Shown here: positions 13,293 through 27,475 of the stretch, in pieces
How positions within the stretch are numbered: position 1 is the first letter of the stretch
Layout of the letters: each line of letters starts with the position of its first letter
Assembly: GCF_009914755.1 (NCBI RefSeq)
Contig: NC_060926.1
DNA length: 64,000 bases
Origin: the human T2T-CHM13v2.0 reference genome, Homo sapiens
Direction: 5' to 3' (one strand)
The notes under the pieces: generated by a model
Databases searched by the model: none
What the model saw: only the letters and a program-made list of their open reading frames with translations
Told to the model about the DNA's origin: nothing
Program-made: the position numbers and the translations under genes

Positions 13293-13762
13293 TTTTAAAA
13301 TAGTCTTTATGTTTCGGAGCAGTTTTAGTTTTATAGAAAAATTGAGCAAAAAGTACAGAGATTTCCTGTTTACTCCCCCTCCTGCCCCCCCTACCTCCAT
13401 CCCTGGCCCAAGCCTCCCCTGCTGTCAGCATCTCCTACCAGAGTGGTACATTTGTTACAACTGATGAACCAACACTGACCCCTCACATCATCATCACCCG
13501 AGTCCACAGTTCACATTAGGGCTCTCTCTTGGTGTTCCACATTCTACAAGTTTGGACAAATGTATAATGACATGCATTCCCCATTATAGTGTTGTGCAGA
13601 GTAGCTTCACTCTCCTAAAAATCCCGTGTCCCCCCATCCACTCCCTTGTCCCCTACAAACCTGTTGTAATCACTGTACAATGGGTCTCTTTACTACCTCC
13701 ATGGTTTCACCGGTTCCAGAATGTCATAGAGTTGGAATCATACAGTGTGTACCTTTCAGACT
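13293..13762 (-). mobile_element. L1MC-type 3' end fragment
   Basis: GAGCAGTTTTAG...AAAATTGAGCAAAAAGTACAGAG...GAGTGGTACATTTGTTACAACTGATGAACC. Confidence 0.8.
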
Positions 13763-15041
13763 ATAAACGCTTAGCGGGAACTTCCTCCAGACATCTTTCT
13801 GCTCCACATATCTTTATTGTCTTTGCCTGCTCAGGGTCTGTGGGAGGAAATGCAGAGATCACCTGGGAGGTCACTTGCATTGCACATGAGGGAACTGAGG
13901 TTGGCATCATTGTGAGCTCACTCAGTTTTCCATGAAGATCTGTAACTTAACCTAGTATTTAAGATTCCCATTCCAGTGCTCTGTCAACATGTCAAAGGGC
14001 TATTAAGCAAGTGACTAGTTGCCGGGGCTGGGGAGGGAGCAATCTATAAATTGGTGAATAACTTGGACAGAATGAAAAGAGTCTGGCCCTGGGGAACATC
14101 AAATGTCCATCAAGTGGGATGGAGTGAGGATGGCTGAGGAAGGGAGGGAGCATCACATATTATGTGCTGGGAACAGTGCTGAGCATCGTATTCATATTCT
14201 TTCTTTTTATCCTCATGTGAGGATTGCTGTTGAAATGGTAGGTATTAGTTTTCTAAATTTGAACTAAGAGAGACTCAGAGAGGTAAATTACTTTCCCATG
14301 GCCACATAACTAGAAAGTAGGTTTTAAATCCAGATTTGTCTTGCTCCAAAGCTTCCATTATTCCCATAAATACACGAGTTTGCCTTCCCAGAGGCAATGG
14401 AAGTGCTTCTCCACTTGCCATGTAATCCATCTGTGACACCAGCCACTCTAAGGCTCACACAGGCATGATTTGGGTTGAATTTTTAAAATCTTTCTAAGAA
14501 ATGCGGGGCGTTCCCTTACTTTTAAGAATGTGTGAAGAGGACAGCCAAGCCCACTCGTGGTGTTCTTGAGTCTCTTTCTCTTTTTTGAATTATTAAAGCA
14601 ATTTTTATTTATTGCTAAGGAGATTTGAGGTGGTTTGCAATAAAAATAGAGATAAAAGAACATGGAAATCCTTTAAAAGAAGAATACAAACACCAAGCAA
14701 TAAATTCGAAAGTCAGAGAGAGGGAAAATCAGGGCATTTGTGTGAAATAAATGACATCAGGCGACATCCTGGAGGAAGTGTTCAGATGGGAGCGTGACTC
14801 TCACTTCCCGTGGAAATCTCTAGTTCCCTGCGGCATTTCTGTTCCGTATCTGTCTCTAGGTTTAATCATTTTTGAATATTTGAGTTTCTACTTGGTGAAA
14901 GGAAGTAACAGTGAACTAGATGTCTGAAACCATCGAGGTTTTAGTCCCACTAAGATTAATACACAGTGAAACTGTGCAGGTCATTGATTTGAGGCCTTGA
15001 GTCTCATTTTTTATATTAAAATAAAAGGTAAGGACAAGATC

Positions 15042-15335
15042 CTTTTTTTTTTCGAGACAGCATCTGACTCTGTCACCCAGGCTGGAGTGCAGTGGCACCA
15101 TCATTGCCCATTGCAGCATCAAACTCCTGGGCTCAAGTGATCCTCCTACCTTAGCCTCCTAAGCAGCTGGGACTACAGGTGTACACCACCATGGCTGGCT
15201 AATTTTTGTTATTTTTGTAGAGACAGGGTCTTGCTATGTTGCCCAGGCTGATCTCGAACTCCTGGCCTCACATGATCCTTTTACCTTGACCTCCCAAAGT
15301 GCTGGGTTTACAGGAATAAGCCACTGTGGCCAGCC
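15042..15335 (-). mobile_element. AluJ
   Basis: Poly-T, then GAGACAG...CCAGGCTGGAGTGCAGTGG...CTCCTGGGCTCAAGTGATCC (J-type). Confidence 0.92.
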
Positions 15336-15419
15336 AAAATCATTGATTTTTAGTATTTGAAAGAAACCATCAGAAAACATTATGGTAGGGAAATCTGACC
15401 AGCGCCACCCACCTGTGGT

Positions 15420-16260
<841 letters not shown>

Positions 16261-17741
16261 AAAGGAGGACCAGAACTCCTTTTTCCCCAAGTGGAATATA
16301 ATTAAGGACCTGCTGTCTACAGAGCGGAGGAAAAAGGAATTGTTTGGTTGGAATCCTTCAGCCTTCCTTTCCGTCTCTTTGGGGCCCTCCTGCTGGACCC
16401 CTGAGACGCTTCTGAGGAACATGAGGGCACCATGGAGCTCAGTAGGAACACAAGTACACTGGCCAATCTCTTAAGGGCCTCTTCAGGTGAAAACGGTATT
16501 CGGAGTTTTGCTAAATCTGCTAAGGAGTGGCATTAGAGCAATCAGAGAACTCAATCAATCGAGTTGAATTTTGCTGATCAGGCAAAGTGAGAGCTGAGAA
16601 CCGGCTTGTATTTGGCCAAATGGAAGTCATTCATAGCCTAACAACAGATGTTTCCTGTAGAAAGATGAGCATGAGCCTGATAGGAGCTGATCCAAAGAAT
16701 GGAAGTAGTGGGAATGGAGACGCCAGGCACAGGGGACACTCGGAGGGAACTAGGCTGTAGGGGAGCACACACTGGGGCAGTGGCTATAGGTGCACATGGT
16801 CAAGGCTAGGTTCTTTCTGGGGGTGGGGGGCCCATGGTGAAGGCTGGGTTCTTTTTGAGGAGTTGTGGCTATTACAGCACGTCTGTTCTCATCTAAAGGG
16901 GAAGAAACTGAGGAAGAAATCAGCCTTTGGCTCCCCCTTTCTGTCACACCTACATACCTAGTCTAGCAACAATTTTGCTAGACCAGGGTTTCTCAAGCGC
17001 AACACCGTTGAAATTTTGGGCTGGATGATTCTTTGAGTATCAAGAGAGGCGATAACTGCTGGGTGGACCTTCCTCAGCCGGCCAGCCGTGTGGAGTCCGT
17101 GCGTGGTGGGAGGGTTGGTCCTATGCAGGAACAGGACAGCCCCTCCAGAGTAGCACAGGAGAGGGCAGAGGATGCGGACACATATCCCGGGAGGTGAGGA
17201 AGTGTGGGGTAGGGCCTGTGGACGTCTTTTCTGAGTGCTCTTATTTTCATACACAGAGGCAGGGCCATGAACTATGAGTGTGGAGTGGGGAGGTGGAGCT
17301 TTAAAGAAAAAGGAAACAAGAAATAGTTACTTGGAAGAGTGAGCTACTGAAAGAACTGGAGAAATAACCTGGGGTTATGTCGTGGCACTAAGGAGCCCTT
17401 GAAGGTGGTGATCGCGAGTGGAAGGCATGTCCGGGGCAGGCAGTGGCTCCAGAGTTGGTAAAGGAGGATGTGGACAAGTCAGGGGTGGGAGGGTGAAATG
17501 GTGGCAGGGCTGGTGGCATAGAGGTGCTGATGAGGTAGGAGAATTGGAGCGGGGCATTAGAGGGAGAGGGCTGTAAAGACGGGAGGTTGGAATGAGGTGG
17601 GTCAGAATTCCTGGTAATCGCAGGGTCTAGGGTATGGTCTGTGGTAAGGAGCAGGATCATCAGATATGATGAGGCCAAGGCACTGAGAAACCACAATTAG
17701 AAGTTTTGTATTGAGTAACTGTTGTGGTCCCCAAGGATCAT

Positions 17742-17744
<3 letters not shown>

Positions 17745-17775
<31 letters not shown>
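17745..17775. repeat. (AG)n microsatellite
   Basis: Direct reading. Confidence 0.95.
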
Positions 17776-17777
<2 letters not shown>

Positions 17778-19250
17778 AAACACCAAAGGCTGACATGGGC
17801 TAAGAGTAGGAGGTGTGGCCTGAAGCTCAGTAGACAACTACTCAGAAGAAAGGGGGATGGATGGTACAATCTGATGACAGGAACTTCAAAGAGGCTGAAG
17901 GGTTTTAGGGAGGAGGATGGGGTAAAGATCTGGAGACAGTGGTGGGTGCAAGAACGGCCCCTACCCACTTCCGTGGCTGGTGGTTCAAGCGTGTGGAAGA
18001 GAAAGACATCATTTGAGAGGGTACTGTGGGGCTGTGTCCTCAGGAGAGTCACACTCTGAAGTATGTCTTAGAAGTCTGAAAAACATGTATGCCTTTTGAA
18101 CCAGCTATCCACTTCTAGAAGTTTGTCCCAAGGCTACAAAATTAGAACTAAGTTCTTATTCCCTATTGCTAGACTTATTTAGGTTGCAACTTATATCAAA
18201 TGGTGGGTTTATGATTTATATTTATTTCTGTTTTTTGGTTTTGCTCTGTTTTTCAGATTTTCTATGATGAGCATGTTTGAATACAGAAAATAAAATTATT
18301 TTTATATTTTAAGAATAAAAAACTACAGTGGTTGCAAGAGAGATTATTAGGTTAACCTGTTAATCTAGGGCCACAGGGGGACAGGAAAGCCTTCAAGCCA
18401 CCATCAGAGATTTTGTGAATTCAAACTACTTTTTGATGTAACTTGCAGTTCCCTGTAAGGACTTGGTAAGGTCTTTGCTGATTTATTTAAAAACGTTCTA
18501 ACCCACAGAGAAATCAGTTGCCTAGGTAATAGTTACCAAATACAGAAATTAAATGCTATCTATCTCCGGGTTTCTAACTTTTCACAAACTAATTATACCT
18601 TCAACCAAAACATTGGATTTATTTTCACAAATTTGAGCCTGACATCTTAATTCATAACTAGCAGCTGCTGGGGCTTCTGGCAGCTACAAAAATAAATGAA
18701 AATAAAAACTAGGTTTTAAACCGAGTATTGAATACGGTACTTACATAATATTCAAATCACATAATACTTTAAAATGTACAATTGAGGAAATTCTTTGTGG
18801 AGAAAGGCAGTGGTTTTTCTGACCTCATCCAGCTGTTATCGTTAAGTCTGATTCTTGGTGGCCTCTGACCTCACACGATTGTAATCAAAACCAGCCTGCT
18901 CTTGAAACTCTTCATTCTTGTTCGTTTTTCCCTCTGCTCCAATTTTCAGATTTCCTCAGCTGCTGCTGTTGGCAGTTTAATCTCTCCAACCAGCTCTTCT
19001 GACGGCTTCTCGAATTCCTCCTTCCCTGGCTGTCAGCTCCCGCATCTGCTCCCACACGTCTTTTTCATCTCACTCGCCAAAATGTCAGGGCTGCAGAACA
19101 GCCTCAGTCTCATTATTTGGCTACTGAGTTCAGTTAACTGAAGTGCTTATTAGCAGAAGATATCTATGTTAATTATGCCGATAGAAACTTTGACACACAG
19201 ATACACTTATGGGCATATATCTAGACTAGAACAAATCTTTTCCTGCTAAG

Positions 19251-19411
19251 TTGCTGAATTGGCAGAGAAGCCCGTGGACTTCGCAATACCTGAAATCAAG
19301 GCAGAATTGTCGGAGAAGATGTTCAATGGGGCAGATCTGTGGAAAAGTTTTATTGCATTTATTTATATTATATTCGTGTGGATTTGTGTGTTTTATCTTG
19401 CGAGTGTTGAT
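19251..19411 (+). pseudogene. Exon with ATG (19319) and signal-anchor helix: MFNGADLWKSFIAFIYIIFVWICVFYLASVD
   Basis: Acceptor cttttcctgctaag, perfect donor GAT|gtaagt, A at -3 of the ATG. ICVFY compares with ICLFY in recalled CPED1. Ends in phase 0. Confidence 0.75.
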
Positions 19412-19998
19412 GTAAGTGTACATTTTTAGTTTTGGTATTTTTCATTTTAGACTGAGTATTCTACTTTTACTGCTATTTACTATTGAGATTTTACAAAGCA
19501 GCTGCTGTGTAAGCCGAGCTGGTTTACATTTGCTGGTTGTTTTGCAGAGAACACCCAGCACCTGCATTTTACTGGTCACCTGGAAAGACCCTGTCACCTC
19601 CTAAATCTCATATAGAGCAGAGGAAATGCCACTGCATGCAGCTCGCTGCCCGCTGTGAACTCCTATGAGGAAGAAGGGAAAGAAAACCTAATTCAAGTAA
19701 AATATGCTTTTCGGCGGGGGTTGGGGGAAGAAAAATAAGATAAAAATTCTGCCAGTGCCCTGTAATTTCAGAAGGTACAATTTGCATAATGTTGGCATGG
19801 CTTTCTGCGTAATAAAAGCATAGTTGTATTTTTTACTGAAATCGGCCCTAAATGCTCTCTAAACTAGTCAAAATGGTTACTTTCCAGTAATTCTTTTATC
19901 CATACATCTTACATTAAAATACCATGGTTTTACACATTTTGGTCAGCTTACTAATGTCTGGATTTTTGTTTGTTTCTTTGTTTCTGGTATCTCTCAAG

Positions 19999-20035
19999 AA
20001 CCTCAGCAAGAGTAAAAAAGTGGTTCTGTTTCCTG
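19999..20035 (+). pseudogene. 37-nt exon, NLSKSKKVVLFP
   Basis: Long U-rich tract + aag acceptor, donor CTG|gtaaga. Phase 0 in and phase 1 out fit both neighbours. Confidence 0.7.
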
Positions 20036-23000
20036 GTAAGAGAACCTATGACCAGTGCTCACTCACGGAGACCTCTGTGTGATGTAGGGCACGGTGCGGG
20101 TGGCCGCTCTGCGAGTTTCGCAGTGAAAGTGTCCGCCGCGAGGCCCCGTGATTCACTACCTAGTAGGGGTGTCACCAAGCTTCCCACTGACAGGCAGCCT
20201 TCCCCATGTGCTCATGTGGACTTTGAGTAAACCATGCTCTCATGACTATGCATGGAGCCTTCTAAACTGTCTTGCATATGGCAGGTTCCAGGTCAGCTGA
20301 CAAATGAAGATTTTGGCGTACCGTACGGTGGCACAATCTCTCAGTCAACAATGCGGTTTTGGCAGATTTTCCATTGTTCAATTATTTTAATCTTTCACTG
20401 CATTTATTCTTATAATATTTTGTAAAGAAAAGCTCGTGAAACTTGTGATAAGAAGTACGAGTTTCAGACGGGAGGCTTTAGACACACATGAGTATCCTTA
20501 GGGGAGACATTTTCAGCCACACTCAGGTGCCTGGTGGGTTGCAGGTTGAGTTCTGAAAGAAAACCAACAGAGCACACAGACGCACGGCAAGGAACGTCTC
20601 GTAGATGATTGGATTTAAAAGGCAAGGTGAACGCAGAAGTTTTTGAAAATGCATTTTAAACAGCACAAATATTATTTTATATTAATATTTTATATTATTT
20701 TATATTACATAATATATTAATATTCATATACATACATTTTGATATCCTAAATCTTTTTAATTCTGCACATTCTAATTTTATGTGTTTTTGGGAGTGCTTA
20801 TGTGTGGGACTAGCAGACTGCTGGTTCATTCATTATTTATTTTTTATTCTTTTATTTATCAAACGTTTTCTGAGTTTCTTTCATGTGCCAGGCTGAGCTG
20901 GGCACTTCAGAAACAAAGATGAGTAAACGCAATCCCTGCCCTCTAGTCGGGGAGACAGACTTGATGCAGAGAATCATGCCCAGGTGCAGGAGGGCGCTAA
21001 GTTAGCACGCGGCGTGAGCGGCCGGGCAGGTCTTCCTGTGGGATTAGCAGAGAGTCGCTTCGCCCTCAGAGCACTCAACCCCTGCCTTTTGCTTGGCACA
21101 TAGTCATACATCACTGTGTGACAGTCTTTGTATTTTCTTCTATAACCCCCGCTTTTTTTTTCTGTTTAAGCTTTTATGTGATGATGAGTATCATATCATG
21201 TATGTGTCCATTTTTTCCATTCAAAATGTGCTTTCATTGTCATGTCATCTTAATCCTACAGTTCCTAAAGATCCATATTTTTACCCCTATTTTCAAAGAG
21301 AGTTTGAAACCCAGAAGGGAAGGTGCCTTGTTCAAGATGAATCTGCAAGTGGACGGAGGCAGCAGGACTCATGTGCTATTAATCATTTTTTAAAAATAGA
21401 CAATATGGAACTGCTGACCTTGGGCCAAGTGCTGTCCGGAATGTGGAGGGAATCCATTGGAATGAGACTCAGTTTTGTTTTTCTCAAGAAGCTCATGTGA
21501 ATTGGGGTTTGGGCACAGATCTATGGACAAGAAAGTCTCGTAAGAGAGATAAGTGTTAAAATAGAGGTGTGTACTGGATACCCTGGAAATATACCACAGA
21601 GACAACGATTGACTGTCTGGGCCTGGGAGGGAGGCTGCAGCAATTTATAGAACGTGTTATAAAGGAGAGGACTGCGAAAATGAATTGGGAAGGGCTTGTA
21701 GGAATTTGCCAACTTGACAGGGTGAGGAAGGGGGTGGTGGGCAGAGGGGTCAGCTTAGTCAAGTGCATGGAAGAGTGAGGGTGCATTGGGGGAGTGCAAC
21801 TAGTTTGGGGCAGTTGGAGCAAAAAGTGAATGTGCCTGAGGAAGGAATAGTATGTGAGGAAGATGGAGATACAGACAAGGTTCAGCTTTTAAGGTCCATC
21901 AGTGAGAAGAAGCAAGGCTAATTTGCAGTAAAAAAAAAAAAAAAAAATCAATTCCAAATCTCAGTGGCTTTACACAATAAATCCTTATTTCTTGATCACA
22001 GCAGCCTACTGTGGATTGGAGGCTTTCCTGGGTGGCTCTCCTCCACACGGTGACTCAGGGATCCTTGATTTTGTCATGCTGCTGTCCTCAACACATGGTC
22101 TCTGAGTTTGCAACAGGAGGAGAAGGAAAGACACAGGAAGCCACATTAGATACCCAGCCATCTCAGCCCAGAAGGGACACATCACGTTTCACATCCCTTT
22201 GGTCTGAACTAGTTGCCTGGCCCCGTTTAGCTGTTCTCTGTCTGGTAACACAGTCTCGGGCAGGTCCACATCTTTGGTGGTCACCTGGCCATTGTCGCCA
22301 TGCCCTCGTCTGTCAATGTAAGGATTTTGGTCTTTATCCTGTAGGTAATGCTAAAGCAGGGAGATGATGTGATCAAATTTATGTTTCTAAGAAGTGGCTG
22401 TGATAGCAGGGGGAGAAGGGAAAGGGATGAGAGTATTATGTGTGTGCATCGTATTCTCTCTTTCAGGTGTGGAGTCCTGGACCCAGGCAGGGGTGGGACC
22501 CAGGGACCCAGACAGGAAGTGACAGATTCCTGGGAGTGGACAAAATGGACCGCGCTGGGCCACAAAGTGGATATGGGTGGCGAGAATGAAATTGGAGTTG
22601 AGGTTTCTGGTTTGGGTCTACGCGTTACTTCTGAAAACAAGGGGATGAGCAGGTTTTGGGGAAGGCAGTGTGTGAATGTGCCGAGTTCTCCACGTCAGCT
22701 GAGCGACCTGGCCCCTCTCAGGCTCTGCAAGGCTTCTCGCTGAAGACCTCTTTTCAAGTGTTATTTCAAATGGTTTTGTTTTCAGTTTTCAGGAGCATCT
22801 TTTTAATTTCCTCTGCCAAATGGCATTCATCCCCATAGGAAAGGTAATGTTAGCATCAGGAAATGTAGTTTGGCCGGTGAAAGGTTGATTGCTATGGGGT
22901 ATTCTTCCTGAGCTCCGAAAGTTGGTTCTAATGTGTTGGGGTCTACTGTGAAGGGCATGGCCTCTGGATTCTCCTGCACTCTGATTTCTTTCTTTTTCAT

Positions 23001-23362
23001 TTTACTAAAAATGCCTTTTCTGTTTCACTAACTCAGAAAGAGCAAGAATCTTCCCTGTGACTTTTCAATTTTTAAATGACTAATGGAATGTGTCTGTGTA
23101 ATTAGCATTTGGTAACACACCTTTGATTCTAGCTTCTCTGATGGTACCTCATCATATTTTATGCTTGTTTGAGATAATGCATGCAAAAACACATTGCACT
23201 TGTAATACCCTATGTGAAAAGTATTTTTGTTAGTATTATCACTGTCACTACTAAGTCAATGATATAGCAGCAATGTTTGTCTTTTTATGATTTATTTCAG
23301 TTGACTTAGGTGGCTACTAGATTTATTGGTGATTTTGTTTTATTTTATTTACTGAAAACAAG

Positions 23363-23807
23363 AAAAAGAATCATATGACATTCTAGAGGAAGAAAATACA
23401 CCTGTACTACTAGAAACCCCAGTAGAAATAGAAGCCCACAGAGAACCACCGATGGGACAATCACAAGAAAAATCATCACTAAGACAAGAAGAATAAACAC
23501 CTGAGGAACAAGAGTCCTCTGAGCAGCCATGCCTGGGACAGCCACACTGAGAGCAGCCACCTGAGATGCCAGAGTCCCCCACGCAGCCATGCCTGGGACA
23601 GCCACACCCAGAGCGGCCACCTGAGACGCCGGAGTCCCCCACACAGCTGTCCTCAGGACAGCCACACCGAGAGCAGCCACCTGAGATGCCGGAGTCCCCC
23701 ACGCAGCCGTCCTCAGGACAGTCATGCCAAGAGCAGCCACCTGAGACGCCAGAGTTGCCCATGTAGCCATGCCTGGCACAACCGTCTCAGAAACACATGA
23801 TTAAGGG
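23363..23807 (+). pseudogene. Pro/Glu/Gln-rich stem exon with three in-frame stops
   Basis: One frame throughout: (E)KESYDILEEENTPVLLETPVEIEAHREPP...QKHMIKG. Stops TAA 23494, TGA 23548, TAG 23764. Phase 1 in, phase 2 out (GG|gtaaca). Confidence 0.7.
23521..23785 (+). repeat. 60-bp minisatellite, ~4.4 copies (20-aa unit xQPCLGQPHxEQPPExPESP)
   Basis: Units start at 23521, 23581, 23641, 23701 and 23761 with no indels. Confidence 0.95.
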
Positions 23808-25381
23808 GTAACAAAACAACAAACACCATGAGAACAAAATGTGAACCATGTTGTGAAGAAACAGTCAAAAACTAGAAAGGATAGCAAGACAAATGAAAAT
23901 AAAAGCGGACATTTTTTCACATTATACTAAAGAGGTATGCTGGTGGAATATTAAAATCATGAATTTCATATTTTGGTGGCAAGACTTTAAGTTTTTAAAC
24001 ACATGTTGTAAGCCGAAATTCATGTGGAATTCCTTCCTCTATTCCCTAACTGTGCAAGTCTGGGAGGGAAGAGGGTTGTTAGCGAGACTGGGTGAATCAT
24101 TGCCCGCTGGGGCCGACCTTCCCTTCTTACACTGTCAACCCACACTTGGCATTCTAGAGTGACTTAGCCACTTTGCGAACGGCACATGTTTACATAGTTA
24201 TCTCTAACATGTTCTCCCTTTTTAAAAGCGAATTAAGGCATATTATAATAATTATACATACCTATTTTTATCTATACACAACACACGCATCTATGTACAT
24301 GCATTTGCCGATATAGGTATATATATGCCTTCTATGTCCTAAATGGACAGTAGAATCCTATGTACATTTTTGGTGGCTAAGCGAATGGACTCTCAACTCA
24401 ATATACAGTTTTGGCTTCTCTCCTCTTTAAGGGTATGCACGAGGTCTGTGGCTCAGTTTAGAGCTAATAATAATAACGAACTCACAGGCTGTTGGGAAAA
24501 TTACTTACCATAAGCAGAACCGTGCTGGACACACAAAAGGCACTAAGAAATGTTGGCGACTCCAGTTACTCCATTTGGGTAGTTGTCTTTTTGTTTCTGT
24601 TACCAAGCGAGAGAAGACAGGCAGAGTCACTACTAAGATGAGGCCTGCACTTGACTCCAGGTTGGCTGAGCTTCTTGACGGTTAGCACAAAGATGGCAAT
24701 GGTGATTCTAGGATGGTCCAAGTCCTCTTAAAGATCAGACCAGTTTCACACCATCTGCCAATTAGTGGTATATACAGTGTTGCACATGGAAGGAGGAAGA
24801 AAAGCTATGATTTCACCATATTTGGGCTTCTTGATTTGTTGTTAGACTTGACTAGAACACTCGTAACACTTTAAGGGGGACATTTGTAATCAAATAGGAA
24901 CCATTGCCATCTCATCCTGAGCAATTTTTAGTTAAGTTTCTGCTAGAGAGCACATCTACTTTGATTTGGCTCCATTCTAAGTATATGTCTTAGTGCAGGA
25001 AAAAGAACTTTGAAACTGCATTTCTAATTACTTTCGTTGGTGACTTCTTTTCCAGCTGCCCTAGTGCCTGTGATTTAGACCAGCAAGCTGCTGTGGAAGG
25101 AATGGATTAGGGCTAAGAGAACCAGGCCCTGGTCTGTGCTCCACCATTTGTTGACCACAGGGTCTTGAACAATTTCCTTTTCCTCCCTGAACATTAGTTG
25201 TCTTCTGTAAAATGAGAATGATAGTAGGATCATAGTTTGTTAGAGCTGGAAGCAAATTTAGAGATCACAGAATTCCCAACAGACATTCTACTGTGAGGTA
25301 CCTGTAGGGGTTAGGTGGCTGGCCTGAAGTCACATGAGACCTGTAGCTTGGAGGGAGCAGGGACGGGACTGGAACTCATGT

Positions 25382-25760
25382 TTTTCTTTCCCTCCTTCCT
25401 TCCTTTCTCCCTCCTTCCCTCCTCGTCCTCTTCTTCCTCCTCCTCCTCCTACTTCTTCTTCGTCATCTTCTTCCTTCTTCTTTCTTCCCCACCCCCGTCC
25501 TCCTGTTCTTCCCTCTTCTTCTCTCCTCCCCACTCTTCCTCCCCCACTCCCTTCTTCTCCTCCTTTTCATCCTCCTCCTCCTTGTTCTTGTGACAGGGTC
25601 TCACTCTGTCGCTCAGGCTGGAGTGCAGTGCCACAATGACAGTCTCAAGCATCCTCCCACCTCAGCCTCCCGTGTAGCTGAGACTACAGGCATGAGCCAC
25701 CACGTCTGGCTACTTTTCTTTTTTTTGGAGAGAGGGAGTCTTACTATGTTGCCCAGGCTT
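25382..25760 (-). mobile_element. Alu monomer (FLAM/AluJ-like, 25590-25760) whose tail has expanded into a CT-rich tract
   Basis: GACAGGGTCTCACTCTGTCGCTCAGGCTGGAGTGCAGTG... preceded by ~200 bp of (CTT/CCT)n. Confidence 0.75.
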
Positions 25761-26961
25761 CTTCTTTTATAAAATTTGATTTCAGGTCTATTATAGTACT
25801 CTATCTTCCTTAGTATAGAATTGTTGTATGAATCAAATGGAATTAAACACTCTGAACATTTTACTAGAGGTAAAGGAGATTCATTTTACTTAATGGATAC
25901 ATAATTTAAAAAATTTAAAATGTCGCCTCTAGATGATGTTCACATTTTGGGGCTTAGTTTTAGAGTGGTCTTGGTACTAGGAGGATGGCTTAAATAGCTC
26001 TTCAAGAGAGTTATTCAGCACCACGTTTGAACCAAATGATCCAGATTCAAACATTGCTATAGACTCAGCACATTCAATGCTGGTTGGTCAGGATGGGGGC
26101 TGTGGAGTGAGAAGGGGGAGAAGATGAAGGAAGGGGCAGAGGAATGTGAAGCGTTGTTTTAGATAAACTGAAATGGAGTGGCCACCAGCACTGCACAAAA
26201 GCTAATTTTGAAATCAGTGTCCAGGTTTCCTGCGGCGGTTCTGCACGGCGGCATGTTGCCGTTGGGTGTGCCGTGAGGAGCTGTGTGTGCTGCAGGTCCC
26301 AGGTCCCACCCCACCCCTCCCAGGAACAACACCCAGAATCCAGAATCCAACAGAAATGCAAGCTCCTGAGAGAACCAGAAACAAACTGTGGCCAGATCAC
26401 AGCTTGAAGATGTTCTCTGTTAACCTGCTTTTCTATGTCTTCCAGATGGCCCGGGAGTGGAAACCTGTAGATTAACAAAACCACCTTTATTATTACCTGA
26501 AGTCCACTTTTCTTCAACCATGGGGCTTCCACGTCACATATGGACATTTTAACAGCAAGAAAATCACATGTGGGGTGAAACTAAAGCCCCACACAGTGGT
26601 GTCTTCTCGAAAGCCAAAGACGAGGTTTCATAATTGAGCTCCATTTCTTCTTATTCCCTTTCTCAGTGATATTTCTTTTTAGTAAACATTTTAAAGAATG
26701 AAACGTGGTTCTTTATCATTAAGCCCCCAAAAGATCATTCAGAAAGTGAGAAGAATTTGAAAAAACGTGTGTATATTTTCCCCTCATGATATTTTTTTCC
26801 TGGAATGTGTACGGGAAGATATCTCATTTATATGTAACTTGGAGGTTGTCACAAAAGCAGGTACTGATAACCTTTGCTATGTAAAGTTCAAAGTATAAAA
26901 ATGTTTTACCTTCTGAATAACTAGTTCAAAGTGAAAAGGAAAAAAATCCAGGGTTCGCTGG

Positions 26962-27348
26962 TGACATGGTTTGGCTGTATGTCCTCACTCAAATCTCATG
27001 TCGAATTGTAATCCCCATGTGTTGGAGGAGGGGGCCGGTGGGAGGTGATTGAATCATGGGGGTGGTCTTCCCCCTTGCTGTTCTCGTGATAGTGAGTGAG
27101 TGCTCCCGAGATCCAGTTGTTTAAAAGTGTGTAGCACTTCCCCCTTCACTCTCTCTCTCCTGCTCTGCCATGTGAAAAAGATTCTTGCTTCCCCTTCGCC
27201 CTTCTGCTATGATTGTAAGTTTCCTGAGGCCTCCCAAGCCATGCCTCCTATACAGCCTGCAGAACTGTGAGCCAATTAAACCTCTTTTCTTCATAAATTA
27301 CCCAGTCTCAGGTAGTTCATTATAGCAGTGTGAGAACAGACTAATACA
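26962..27348 (+). mobile_element. MSTA/THE1D-type solo LTR
   Basis: TGACATGGTTTGGCTG...AGACTAATACA; TSD GCTGG on both sides. Confidence 0.92.
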
Positions 27349-27426
27349 GCTGGGAAAAGGATTTTATTAACTTATTTACTTATTTTTATGAAGGCAAAAA
27401 ATAGTACCCATGTGGCTTCATTAGAT

Positions 27427-27428
<2 letters not shown>

Positions 27429-27470
<42 letters not shown>
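27429..27470. repeat. (TG)21 microsatellite
   Basis: Direct reading. Confidence 0.97.

Positions 27471-27475
<5 letters not shown>

Noticed and set aside
23345-23779. 144-aa and 137-aa minus-strand ORFs
   Set aside because: They are antisense shadows of the 60-bp repeat. Splice signals and phase continuity support the + strand.
26296-26475. Possible exon after ctgcag, (G)SQVPPHPSQEQHPES..., phase-compatible with the stem exon
   Set aside because: No clear donor or homology, and exon 28587 already fits the phase. Left unassigned.
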